Positions 1-8,808 of a DNA stretch of 64,000 nucleotides are shown piece by piece. Position 1 is the stretch's first letter. Every line of letters begins with the position of its first letter. The position numbers were made by a program, and so were the translations under genes. The notes under the pieces were generated by a model. That model did no database searches. It saw only the letters and a list, made by a program, of their open reading frames with translations, and was not told the origin of the DNA. The DNA comes from Brevundimonas sp. (lineage in GTDB: Bacteria; Pseudomonadota; Alphaproteobacteria; Caulobacterales; Caulobacteraceae). The stretch spans positions 178,806 to 242,805 of the forward strand of contig NZ_JAQSDY010000012.1 in assembly GCF_029946145.1 (NCBI RefSeq). Reading direction: 5' to 3'.

Positions 1-1
1 T

Positions 2-454
2 TTCCGCATCCCGCTGGTGATCCTGACGCCCATCCCCCTGACCCTGATCGGCATCGTCATCGGGCACATGCTGTTCGGCGCGCCCTTCACCGCCACCTCG
101 ATGATCGGTTTCATCGCCCTGGCGGGGATCATCGTGCGAAACTCGATCCTGCTGGTCGATTTCATCCGCCACGCCCGAACGCCGGGGCGGCCCTTGCGCG
201 AGGTATTGCTGGAGGCCGGGGCCATCCGCTTCAAGCCGATCCTGCTGACCGCCCTGGCGGCCATGATCGGCGCGGCGGTGATCCTGTTCGACCCGATCTT
301 CCAGGGTCTGGCGATCTCCCTGCTGTTCGGCCTGATCTCCTCGACGATTCTGACGGTGCTGGTGATCCCGGCCATCTATATTGCGTTGAAGGACGATGGC
401 CGGCCCCTGGCCTCGCCCGAGCCCGCGCCCGAGCCCGCGCATGAGACGCCATGA
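2..454 (+). CDS. RND efflux permease (AcrB/AcrD/AcrF family), C-terminal fragment, truncated by the window edge
   Basis: Frame is open from position 2. TM segments with GIIVRNSILLVDFI and AIRFKPILLTALAAMIG (RND TM10/TM11 signatures). Ends in a PEPAPEPA tail. Confidence 0.9.
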   Translation, partial: FRIPLVILTPIPLTLIGIVIGHMLFGAPFTATSMIGFIALAGIIVRNSILLVDFIRHARTPGRPLREVLLEAGAIRFKPILLTALAAMIGAAVILFDPIFQGLAISLLFGLISSTILTVLVIPAIYIALKDDGRPLASPEPAPEPAHETP

Positions 455-795
455 CCGACGCCTTGCCCACGCCGAACGCGGCCACCCTGGCCGAGCTTGA
501 GGCCAACGCCGCCCCGGCGGCCCGGCTGATGCGGCTGTTCGCCAACGAGCAGCGGTTGATGCTGATGTGCCGGCTCAGCGAGGGCGACTGCGCCGTCGGC
601 GACCTGGCGACCTTCGTCGGCCTGTCGCAATCGGCCTGTTCGCAGCACCTCGCCCGTCTGCGCGACGCCGGCGTCATCGCTCCGCGGCGCGAGGCGCAGA
701 CCATCTACTACGGCATCGCCGACCCGGCCGCCGCCCGGGTCATCGCCCTGCTTTGCGACATCTACCGCGACAAACCGAAGGAACGGACTTCATGA
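451..795 (+). CDS. ArsR/SmtB-family repressor, BigR/SqrR-like
   Basis: ANEQRLMLMCRL...SQHLARLR...RREAQTIYY winged HTH; Cys in LMC and LLCDIY; ATGA overlap with the RND gene. Confidence 0.9.
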   Translation: MTDALPTPNAATLAELEANAAPAARLMRLFANEQRLMLMCRLSEGDCAVGDLATFVGLSQSACSQHLARLRDAGVIAPRREAQTIYYGIADPAAARVIALLCDIYRDKPKERTS

Positions 796-1175
796 CCTAT
801 TTCCACGCCCGCACCATCGAGGGCGACTTCGATGCGATCGTCGAGCGGACCCGGGCGGCGCTTCAGAAGCACGGCTTCGGCGTCCTCACCGAGATCGACG
901 TTCAGGCCACGCTCAAGACCAAGATCGGGCAGGATTTCCGCCCCTACCGCATTCTCGGCGCCTGCAATCCGGTCATGGCCCATGAGGCTCTGAAGCTGGA
1001 GCCGCACGTCGGTGTCATGCTGCCCTGCAATGTCGTGGTCCAGCAGGCCGAAGGGGGCGTTGAGGTCTTCGCCGTCGATCCGTCCGCATCGATGAGCGCC
1101 ATCGACAATCCTGACCTCCTGGGCCACGCGCGAACCGTGGGTGAGCATCTGCGAGCGGCCGTCGACGAAATCTGA
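792..1175 (+). CDS. DUF302 domain protein
   Basis: GFGVLTEIDV...YRILGACNP...GVMLPCNVVV pattern; true start ATG 792 overlaps the ArsR stop (ATGA). Confidence 0.88.
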   Translation: MTYFHARTIEGDFDAIVERTRAALQKHGFGVLTEIDVQATLKTKIGQDFRPYRILGACNPVMAHEALKLEPHVGVMLPCNVVVQQAEGGVEVFAVDPSASMSAIDNPDLLGHARTVGEHLRAAVDEI

Positions 1176-1268
1176 AGCCAGCGGTTTCGGCCCGTCTTGA
1201 TCCAGATCACGGGCCTGGGTCTGCTGTCTGCCACCGTGTGGACTGGCTGACCTGGATCACCGCCGCCC

Positions 1269-2072
1269 ATGCCCTTGCGGATCAAGCAATCAACGCCGCC
1301 CGGGGGGCAAGGGCCCGGCCCGGGACGGGCGTCCGGAACCGGAGCCGGAACCGGGGCATCGGCATCGTCCGGGCTCTGCTTCCGGGCCCGCGCGGTGACC
1401 AGAGTCTATGGGTCAGGTGCGGCGGCGGTCCACGCCCTGCGCGGCGTTGATCTCGACCTGCCGGACGGGGAGATGGTCGTGGTGCTGGGCGCGTCCGGCA
1501 GCGGCAAGTCGACCTTTCTCAACATTCTCGGCGGTCTGGACACCGCGACCGGCGGCGAGGTTCTGTTTCGGGGCGAGGACATCAGTCGGGCGGACCAGCG
1601 GCGCCTGACCGAATACCGTCGCAGGCACGTCGGGTTCGTCTTCCAGTTCTACAATCTGATGCCGAGCCTGACTGCGCGCGAGAACGTCGCCCTCGTCACC
1701 GAAATCGCCGAGGCCCCGCTCCGCCCCGAAGACGCCCTCGCCATGGTCGGCCTGGAGAACCGTCTGGATCATTTTCCGGCCCAGTTGTCGGGCGGCGAAC
1801 AGCAGCGCGTAGCGATCGCGCGCGCCGTGGCCAAGCAGCCGTCGGTCCTGCTGTGCGACGAGCCGACGGGCGCGCTGGATTCCGCCACCGGTGTGCGGGT
1901 GCTGGAGGCGCTCAAGACCGTCAACGACAGCCTGGGGGCCACGACGCTGCTGATCACACACAACGCCGCCATCGCAGCCATCGCCGACCGCGTGGTGATA
2001 TTCGCCGACGGACGGGTGCGCGAAGTTCGCGAGAACGCAGACAAACGGCTCCCCGGGGAGATTTACTGGTGA
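1269..2072 (+). CDS. ABC transporter ATP-binding protein (LolD/MacB-like); start uncertain
   Basis: Walker [17 protein letters not shown], signature LSGGEQQR, Walker B LLCDEPT, H-loop ITHN. Confidence 0.92.
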   Translation: MPLRIKQSTPPGGQGPGPGRASGTGAGTGASASSGLCFRARAVTRVYGSGAAAVHALRGVDLDLPDGEMVVVLGASGSGKSTFLNILGGLDTATGGEVLFRGEDISRADQRRLTEYRRRHVGFVFQFYNLMPSLTARENVALVTEIAEAPLRPEDALAMVGLENRLDHFPAQLSGGEQQRVAIARAVAKQPSVLLCDEPTGALDSATGVRVLEALKTVNDSLGATTLLITHNAAIAAIADRVVIFADGRVREVRENADKRLPGEIYW

Positions 2073-4453
2073 ACCGGCTGCCGGCCTGGATGGGCGCGCT
2101 GGACCGCAAGCTGGTGCGCGAGCTCTGGCGCATGAGGACCCAGGCGCTCGCGATCGCCTTCGTCATCGCGGGGGGCGTCGCCGTCCATCTGCTCGCCGCG
2201 GGGATGCTGAGTTCGTTGCAGGACACCCGGCGCGCCTACTACGAACGCTATCTGTTCGCCGACGTCTGGGCGCCCGTGGTGCGCGCGCCGCAGCGTCTGA
2301 TCGCCGACATCCGGGCGATCGAGGGAGTTCAGGCCGCGGCGACCCGTATCCGGGTTCCGGCGATCTTCGCCATGGAGGGCATGAGCGCCCCCGCCACCGG
2401 CGAAGTCCTGTCGTTGCCGGACCTGGGAGAGGCGGCGGTCAATCGCCTTCACCTGGTCCGCGGTCGCCTTCCGACCGCCGGGCAGCGGGATGAGGCGGTG
2501 GTGCTTCAAGCGTTCGCCGACGCCCACGGGCTCGAGATCGGCGACACGGTTCCGGCCACCCTTTACGGCGGTCGCCGGCAGTTGACCGTGGTCGGGATCG
2601 CGCTGTCGCCAGAACACGTCTACGCTATCGGCCCGGGCCAGTTCGTTCCCGATGACCGGCTGTTCGGCGTCCTGTGGATGCGGCGCAACGCCCTGGCGCA
2701 GGCCGTCAATCAGGACGAGGCCTTCAACGAGGCGGTCGTCCGCCTCTCACGTGATGCCTCCGAGCCGGCGGTGATCGCCCGGCTGGATCGCCTTCTGGAG
2801 CCTTACGGAGCGCCGGGCGCCTATGGCCGCGCCGACCAGATTTCGGACGCCTTCGTGTCCAGTGAGATCGACCAGCTGGCGACCATGGGGCAGGTGCTGC
2901 CGCCGGTTTTCCTGCTGGTGGCGGCCTTCCTCGTCAATGTCGTGGTTTCAAGACTGATCGCCGTCCAGCGGGCGGGCATCGGACTGTTGAAGGCCTTCGG
3001 CTACCGCGACCGCGACATCATCGGCCACTATCTCAAACTGGTCGCCGTCATCGCGGCGACGGGGGTGCTGATCGGGGGAGCGGCGGGGATCTGGCTCGGT
3101 CGGGGCATGGCGGAGCTCTATATGGAGTATTACCGCTTCCCCTTCCTGTTGTTCCAGGCGGACCCGGCCGACTACGCCACCGTGGTCGGCGTAGCGATGC
3201 TGACGGTGATGGGCGGCGCGGCCCTGGCGGTGCGGCGGGCCGCGGCCCTGAACCCGGCGGAAGCCATGACGCCCGCGCCCCCGCCCGACTATTCCCGCGC
3301 CGCGGGGGCGTGGATCACCCGGATCAAGGTCCTCGACCAGCAGTCGCGCATGATTTTGCGCCAGATCATCCGCTGGCCCTGGCGCGCGGCCCTGACCGTG
3401 GCCGGGATCGCGGCGTCCGGCGCCTTGCTGATCGGCACGATGTCGATGATGGACGGGATCAAGGTGATGATCGATTCCAGCTTCACCGTATCGAACCCCC
3501 ACGACGTGTCGGTGAGCTTTGTCGAGCCCCGGTCGCGCGCCGCCCTGTTCAGTCTGGCCCGCGAGGACGGGGTGCTGGCGGCCGAGCCCTTTCGCGTCGT
3601 CCCGGTCCGCCTGCGCCATGGCGCGCGCGAGGAGCGGGCGGTGATCACCGGCGCGCCGCTGGACGGCAGCCTGTCGAGGATGGTCGATACCCACAACCGG
3701 CCGGTCCAGCCGCATCCCGGCGGCCTGGTCCTGTCCAGCGACCTGGCCGCCAGACTCCGGATCGAGGCGGGTGACATCGTCGAGGCGCAGGTCACGGAGG
3801 GCCGCCGGCCTCTGCTCGCGCTTCCGGTCTCGGCCGTCACCACCAGCTATGTCGGGTCCGGCGCGAGGATGGGGATCGAGGACCTGAACCGGGCGATGGG
3901 CGAAGGGGCGCTGGTGTCAGGCGCCTGGCTTACGATCGACGCCGACCGGACCGGGAGCCTCTACGCGCGTTTGAAGGAGGCGCCCTCGGTGGTTGGCGTG
4001 GGCCTGCAGGGGGACGCCGTCAAACGCCTGGCCGCCATGCTCGACGAGAACCTCGGTCGATCCATCCTGACCTTCTTCCTCTTCGCCGGCCTGATCGCCT
4101 CGGGCGTGGTCTACAATACGGTGCGCATCTCCTTCGCCGAGCGCCAGCGCGAGCTGGCGTCGCTGCGGGTGCTCGGCTTCTCGCGCGCCGACGTGTCCTA
4201 CATACTGCTCGGCGAGGTCGCCTTTCTGATGCTCCTCGCCCTGCCGCTGGGCGCGGCGGCCGGCGCCGGTCTCGCCTGGTATCTGGCCCGGGCCATGAGT
4301 TCGGACCTGTTCCGGCTGCCTTTCGCCGTCGCTCCCGCGACCTTCGGCATGGCCGGGGCGGTGGTGTTGGTCATCACGGTCGTGACGAGCCTGATGGTGC
4401 GGCGTCAGATCGACCGGCTGGATCTGGCCGAAGCCTTGAAGACCGGAGAATAG
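2069..4453 (+). CDS. FtsX/MacB-like ABC permease (duplicated MacB periplasmic + FtsX halves)
   Basis: GTG 2069 overlaps the ATPase stop. Two repeats of periplasmic domain plus TM block, with IGLLKAFGY and [11 protein letters not shown] motifs. Confidence 0.9.
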   Translation: MNRLPAWMGALDRKLVRELWRMRTQALAIAFVIAGGVAVHLLAAGMLSSLQDTRRAYYERYLFADVWAPVVRAPQRLIADIRAIEGVQAAATRIRVPAIFAMEGMSAPATGEVLSLPDLGEAAVNRLHLVRGRLPTAGQRDEAVVLQAFADAHGLEIGDTVPATLYGGRRQLTVVGIALSPEHVYAIGPGQFVPDDRLFGVLWMRRNALAQAVNQDEAFNEAVVRLSRDASEPAVIARLDRLLEPYGAPGAYGRADQISDAFVSSEIDQLATMGQVLPPVFLLVAAFLVNVVVSRLIAVQRAGIGLLKAFGYRDRDIIGHYLKLVAVIAATGVLIGGAAGIWLGRGMAELYMEYYRFPFLLFQADPADYATVVGVAMLTVMGGAALAVRRAAALNPAEAMTPAPPPDYSRAAGAWITRIKVLDQQSRMILRQIIRWPWRAALTVAGIAASGALLIGTMSMMDGIKVMIDSSFTVSNPHDVSVSFVEPRSRAALFSLAREDGVLAAEPFRVVPVRLRHGAREERAVITGAPLDGSLSRMVDTHNRPVQPHPGGLVLSSDLAARLRIEAGDIVEAQVTEGRRPLLALPVSAVTTSYVGSGARMGIEDLNRAMGEGALVSGAWLTIDADRTGSLYARLKEAPSVVGVGLQGDAVKRLAAMLDENLGRSILTFFLFAGLIASGVVYNTVRISFAERQRELASLRVLGFSRADVSYILLGEVAFLMLLALPLGAAAGAGLAWYLARAMSSDLFRLPFAVAPATFGMAGAVVLVITVVTSLMVRRQIDRLDLAEALKTGE

Positions 4454-4457
4454 CCCA

Positions 4458-5666
4458 GTGAAGATCAACCGGTTCAATCTCAAATTCCGGACCCTGTTCT
4501 GGGTCGCCGCCGCGCTGGCGGTGGCGGTGCTGCTGGTCTTCGCCTTCCGGCCGCGGCCGGTCCTGGCGGACCTCGGCGAGATCAGCCGCGGCCCTCTCAC
4601 GGTCGCGGTTCGCGACGAGGCGCGGACCCGGGCCCGGAACGTCTATGTGGTGTCCGCGCCCGTCGCGGGCCGGTTGCTGCGGGTCGGCAACCGCGCGGGC
4701 GAACGGGTCGAGGCCGGGGCGGTGATCGCGATCATCCAGCCGGCGCCGGCGACCTTCGTGGACGAACGGTCCCGCCAGGAAATCCAGGCCGGGGTTCGTT
4801 CGGCCGAAGCCGCCCTCGCCCTCGCGCGCGCCGAGCTGGAAGGCGCCGAAGCCCGGCTGGCCCATGCCCGGATCGAGGCCGAACGGACCGAGACCCTGTT
4901 CGCCGTGGATGTCGCGTCGAGGAGCGCCCTGGACCGCGCCCGTCTCGACGTGCGCACCGCCGCCGCCGTTGTCGCCAACGCCCGCGCCGGCGTTGGCGTC
5001 CGGCAGGCGGCGCTCGAGGCGGCCCGCGTGCGTCTGGTCGAGCCAGCGGCCGCGAGTTCCGGGGGGCGCACGGTGACGATCCGGGCCCCCGTGGCCGGGC
5101 GGGTCCTGCGGGTGTTCCAGGAGAGCGAAAACGTGGTCGCCCAGGGCGCGCCGGTGATGGAGATCGGCGACCCTGGCGATCTCGAGGTGGTCGCTGAACT
5201 GCTCTCGAGCGATGCGGCGCGGATTTCCGTCGGGGCGCCGACCGTGATCGACGCCTGGGGGGACGGCCCGGCGATCCCGGGTCGGGTCCGGCAAGTCGAA
5301 CCCTATGGCTTCCTCAAGGTCTCGGCCCTCGGCGTCGAGGAACAGCGGGTCAATGTGATCATCGATCCGGTCGACCCTCCCGTGGCCTGGGCGTCGGTCG
5401 GCCATGGCTATCGGGTCGAGGTGGCGGTCACGATCTGGCGCGGGGAGGCGGCGGTCCGGGCGCCCGTAGCCGCCCTGTTCCGGCATCAGGGGAAGTGGGC
5501 GGTGTTCAAGGTCGAGGGTGGCCGCGCCCGTTTGCAGCGGGTCGAAATCGGCCAGAACAACGGGGAATTCGCGGAGGTTCGGTCCGGGCTCAAGCCGGGC
5601 GAGCGAGTGGTGCTCCATCCGGGGCAGTCGATCTCCGATGGCGGCCAGGTCCGGGCCCGGCCCTAG
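4458..5666 (+). CDS. Periplasmic adaptor (membrane fusion protein, HlyD/MacA family)
   Basis: N-terminal TM, VSAPVAGRLL and IRAPVAGRVL lipoyl half-motifs around an Ala-rich helical hairpin, C-terminal VEIGQ...GLKPGERVV. Confidence 0.9.
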   Translation: MKINRFNLKFRTLFWVAAALAVAVLLVFAFRPRPVLADLGEISRGPLTVAVRDEARTRARNVYVVSAPVAGRLLRVGNRAGERVEAGAVIAIIQPAPATFVDERSRQEIQAGVRSAEAALALARAELEGAEARLAHARIEAERTETLFAVDVASRSALDRARLDVRTAAAVVANARAGVGVRQAALEAARVRLVEPAAASSGGRTVTIRAPVAGRVLRVFQESENVVAQGAPVMEIGDPGDLEVVAELLSSDAARISVGAPTVIDAWGDGPAIPGRVRQVEPYGFLKVSALGVEEQRVNVIIDPVDPPVAWASVGHGYRVEVAVTIWRGEAAVRAPVAALFRHQGKWAVFKVEGGRARLQRVEIGQNNGEFAEVRSGLKPGERVVLHPGQSISDGGQVRARP

Positions 5667-5701
5667 AATCAGGGCGCGCGTCGGGAACGTGAGGACGGGG
5701 T

Positions 5702-5988
5702 GTGACCGCCAAGAAGAAGCTGTTCGACGCCGTGATCGCGCGGTGGGCGGGGGTGACCATCGCCTACCGGATGGAGGCGCTCGACAAGTATGACGCCGAA
5801 ACCAGGGGCAGCCCACGGTCGAGGGGGCCCTGCGCGCCTTCCTCGATACCGACCTCGACCTCTACAGCCAGGGCGGCGAGAACTGGAAGAATTACGGAGC
5901 GCTCGGCGCGCAGGTTTCAAACACCCCCTATGGCGCCGAGTTGTCTACGGTTCCCCTCCGCGCCTCACGACACCGTCGCGGAATCTGA
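5702..5988 (+). pseudogene. TetR/AcrR-family regulator remnant (no HTH, frameshift, 3' truncated)
   Basis: KKKLFDAVIARW...RMEALDKYDAET in one frame continues after the G-run at 5805-5808 in the -1 frame as QPTVEGALRAFLDTDLDLYSQGGENWKNYGALGAQVSNTPYGAEL. This resembles the middle of an alphaproteobacterial TetR subfamily (recalled similarity). Confidence 0.7.
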
Positions 5989-6065
5989 TCGTCGTCCGAC
6001 AGGGCGACGTCCCCGCGTCCGCACCCTCGGGGATGATCTGCTCGCCGGAGTGCTCCGCGAGCTGG

Positions 6066-6389
6066 TCAGTCCTGCGATGTAACGTCGTCCGAGTTGGCTT
6101 TTCGGGGAGACCCGGCATCGGGTGGGTTCGTGACCTCGACCAGGAGCGCCAGCAACCGCTCCACATCAACTCCGGAGATTTCGCGACCGTCACGCATCCG
6201 TTGATCGATCACGAGCGCGGCCCGGCTGATGTCCGGGAATCCGAATGAGCCCGCCGCTCCGGCGAGGCGATGCACGATCCCGCACACTGCGTCCGTATCG
6301 GCCTGGTCGCGAAGGCGCCGGAGTTCCCGAAGGTCATCCCGGCAGCGCTCCACGAAGAGCGACCTGAGCGCCGCAAGGGGGTCCGTCAC
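6066..6389 (-). CDS. Hpt (histidine phosphotransfer) domain protein
   Basis: VHRLAGAAGSFGF Hpt motif in a 107-aa helical protein; ATGA overlap with the upstream receiver. Confidence 0.88.
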   Translation of the reverse strand: MTDPLAALRSLFVERCRDDLRELRRLRDQADTDAVCGIVHRLAGAAGSFGFPDISRAALVIDQRMRDGREISGVDVERLLALLVEVTNPPDAGSPRKANSDDVTSQD

Positions 6390-6763
6390 GGGCAGCCGCT
6401 CCCCAACAGGCCCTTCACGCGGTCCGGCAGCGTCAAGGGGTCGAATGGCTTGATAATGACGCCGATGCCGCCGAGGGCGACGAGGCGGTTCAGTTCGTGA
6501 TCCTGGGTCTGGGCGGTCATGAAGATCACCGGGGTCTCGTCGTGGCCTTCCAGCCTCCGGATCCGGGTCAGGACGCCGGGTCCGTCGAGCACGGGCATCA
6601 TGACGTCCAGAAGGATTACGTCTGGCCTGAACCCGGATTCCAGCGCCGAGATCGCTTCGGCTCCAGACGCGGCCGAGCGCACGGTTCCGTGGCCGCCAAG
6701 GGAGAACGCCAGCTCGGTGAGGGCGCGGATGCCTTCGTCGTCATCGACGTGGAGGATCAGCAT
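6386..6763 (-). CDS. Single-domain response regulator (receiver only)
   Basis: HVDDD, ILLDVMMP (phospho-Asp), IFMTA, IIKPF. Confidence 0.93.
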   Translation of the reverse strand: MLILHVDDDEGIRALTELAFSLGGHGTVRSAASGAEAISALESGFRPDVILLDVMMPVLDGPGVLTRIRRLEGHDETPVIFMTAQTQDHELNRLVALGGIGVIIKPFDPLTLPDRVKGLLGSGCP

Positions 6764-8808
6764 GGCATGGCTCCTGCCGCCGTATCGCGCTTGAGAGGAA
6801 ACTCGAACCAGAATTCCGATCCCTGCCCGGGGGTGCTGTGGACGCCGATGGCGCCGCCCATCATCTCGACCAGCTGGCGCGATATGGCCAGACCCAGTCC
6901 GGTGCCGCCGAACCGGCGTGTGGTCGACTCGTCGGCCTGGACGAAGCGCTCAAAGAGCGTGGCCGCTACCTCCGGCGCGATCCCGATTCCGGTATCGGTC
7001 ACCGTCACCCGGACAAGGGAGCGGCCATCCGGGGCGGTCCTCGACCGCACGGAGACGCTCACGCCGCCGCGTTCCGTGAACTTGATGGCGTTGCTCATGA
7101 GATTCAGCAGGACCTGCCGCAACCGGGCGGCGTCGCCGATGAGAACGGCGGGCACATCCTCACCCACGTCCTCGGCGTAGGTGAGGCCCTTGTCCTCGAT
7201 CTGGCCGAGCACGATCTCGGCGGTCTCGCGGAACAGGGTGCGGATTGCGAACGGCTGCGCTGCGAGCACCATGGCGCCGGCCTCGAGCTTCGAATAATCC
7301 AGCACGTCGTTGATGACGTTGAGCAGGGCCTGTGCCGACACGCTGATCCGGTCGGCGCACTGCCGCTCGACCACGCCGAGACCTTTGCGCGCCTGAAGCA
7401 GTTTCGAGAAGCCGATGATGCTGGTCAGGGGAGTCCGGACCTCGTGGCTGATGTTGGCCAGGAACCGGGTCTTGGCTTCGGACGCCGCCTCGGCCTTGTC
7501 ACGGGCGTCGCGGAGCTCTTCCTCGAGCGTGTGCCGTTCGGACACATCGCGGATCACAGCGATCACCTCGGTGGGCCGACCCTCACTGTCCAGCACTGCC
7601 TGGAAGGTTGTTTCCACCCAGACGATGTGGCTGTCGCGATGCACGGCGCGGTGCTGGAGGACGCACCGGCGCTGGCCGCCCGCGATGCGGGCGAAGGCGT
7701 CGAGAAGCCCGGCCTGGTCGTCGGGATGAAGAAAGGCCTGGGCCGGACGTCCCTCCATCTCCTTGGGCGTGTAACCCAGCAACCCCCGGATAGCCGGCGA
7801 GATGTAGCGACTCGAGCCGTCCAGCTTCAAGCGCGTGACGACGTCGCCCATATGGTCCGCAAGCAGGCGGAACTGCGCCTCGCTGCGACGGACCCGCTCC
7901 TGGGCCCTGTGCCGGTCGGTCACGTCCTGCACCACGCCGAACAGGGCCTCGACGCGGCCCGATTTGTCCAGCTGGCGGCGCGCGCTGACCACCACCTGGC
8001 GCAGCTTGCCGTCGGGCCGGGTGATGGACGTCTGGAACTCGTCAGTCGCGTCCTGATCCATCGCACGGTCCAGGAAGGCATCCAGCCGCGCTCTCTGGTC
8101 ACCGTCGTAGGCGGAACGGACGATGTCCATGGGGACCGGCGTGCCGGGCTTCCGGGGGGGCAGGCCGAAAATCCGGTAGACCTCCGTCGACCAGGTGGTC
8201 TCGCCCTCCGCCGTACGCCGCCAGTGACCGACGTGGGAAACCGACTCTGCCAGTTCGAGGAGCCGCCGCTTCTCCTCGGCCTCCAGCCGCTCGGTGGTCA
8301 GCTCCAGTTGTTCGATGATCAGGTCGCCGAGTTCGCGCAGCAAGGCGCGCTCCGCCTCCGAGAATCGTCGCGGTTCGGTATCCACGATGCAGAGCGTGCC
8401 CAGGTTGTGGCCGGATGCGGTGGTCAGCAGCGCGCCCGCGTAGAATCGCACATGATCTGCGCCGGTGACGTGCGGATTCCGGGCGAAGAGCGGGTCTTTC
8501 GTCGCGTCCTCCACGACCATGACGCTGCCGCCGGGCAAGAGGAGGGCGCTACTGCAGAAGGCGTCGCCCCGTGAGGTCTCGCAGGCGTCGAACCCGTGCC
8601 GCGACTTGAACCATTGCCGCTCGGCGTCGATCAGCGAAATCAGCGCCGTCGGCGCGTTGAACAGGGTGGCGGCAAGGCGGGTGAGCCGGTCGAACCGCGG
8701 TTCGGGCGGTGTGTCGAGCACCCTCAGCGCGTACAGGGCATCGAGGCGCTCCCGTTCGTTGTCGGGCACGGCGGATTCGATACCCAACTGCACGGGATCC
8801 TTGCTCAT
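6757..8808 (-). CDS. Soluble sensor histidine kinase, GAF-PAS-PAS-HisKA-HATPase
   Basis: GAF (ERERLDAL...RFYAGA...GTLCIVD), two PAS/PAC, H-box FLANISHEVRTPL, N-box NLMSNAIKFT, G1 DTGIGI, G2 GGTGLGL. No TM segment and no fused receiver. Confidence 0.93.
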   Translation of the reverse strand: MSKDPVQLGIESAVPDNERERLDALYALRVLDTPPEPRFDRLTRLAATLFNAPTALISLIDAERQWFKSRHGFDACETSRGDAFCSSALLLPGGSVMVVEDATKDPLFARNPHVTGADHVRFYAGALLTTASGHNLGTLCIVDTEPRRFSEAERALLRELGDLIIEQLELTTERLEAEEKRRLLELAESVSHVGHWRRTAEGETTWSTEVYRIFGLPPRKPGTPVPMDIVRSAYDGDQRARLDAFLDRAMDQDATDEFQTSITRPDGKLRQVVVSARRQLDKSGRVEALFGVVQDVTDRHRAQERVRRSEAQFRLLADHMGDVVTRLKLDGSSRYISPAIRGLLGYTPKEMEGRPAQAFLHPDDQAGLLDAFARIAGGQRRCVLQHRAVHRDSHIVWVETTFQAVLDSEGRPTEVIAVIRDVSERHTLEEELRDARDKAEAASEAKTRFLANISHEVRTPLTSIIGFSKLLQARKGLGVVERQCADRISVSAQALLNVINDVLDYSKLEAGAMVLAAQPFAIRTLFRETAEIVLGQIEDKGLTYAEDVGEDVPAVLIGDAARLRQVLLNLMSNAIKFTERGGVSVSVRSRTAPDGRSLVRVTVTDTGIGIAPEVAATLFERFVQADESTTRRFGGTGLGLAISRQLVEMMGGAIGVHSTPGQGSEFWFEFPLKRDTAAGAMPC

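Noticed and set aside
410-450. GAGCCCGCGC-type tandem repeats here and CCGGAACCGG repeats at 1333-1355
   Set aside because: In-frame low-complexity linker coding, not CRISPR or a contingency locus; no CRISPR array or cas gene anywhere in the window.
1176-1268. Short in-frame extension after the DUF302 stop (SQRFRPVLIQITGLGLLSATVWTG) and ORF 1238-1450
   Set aside because: Too short, no SD and no evidence of read-through; the resemblance to the RND RFRP motif may be chance.
5702-6082. 126-aa ORF as an intact gene
   Set aside because: Only the first 35 or so codons look protein-like; the similarity continues in another frame (pseudogene).
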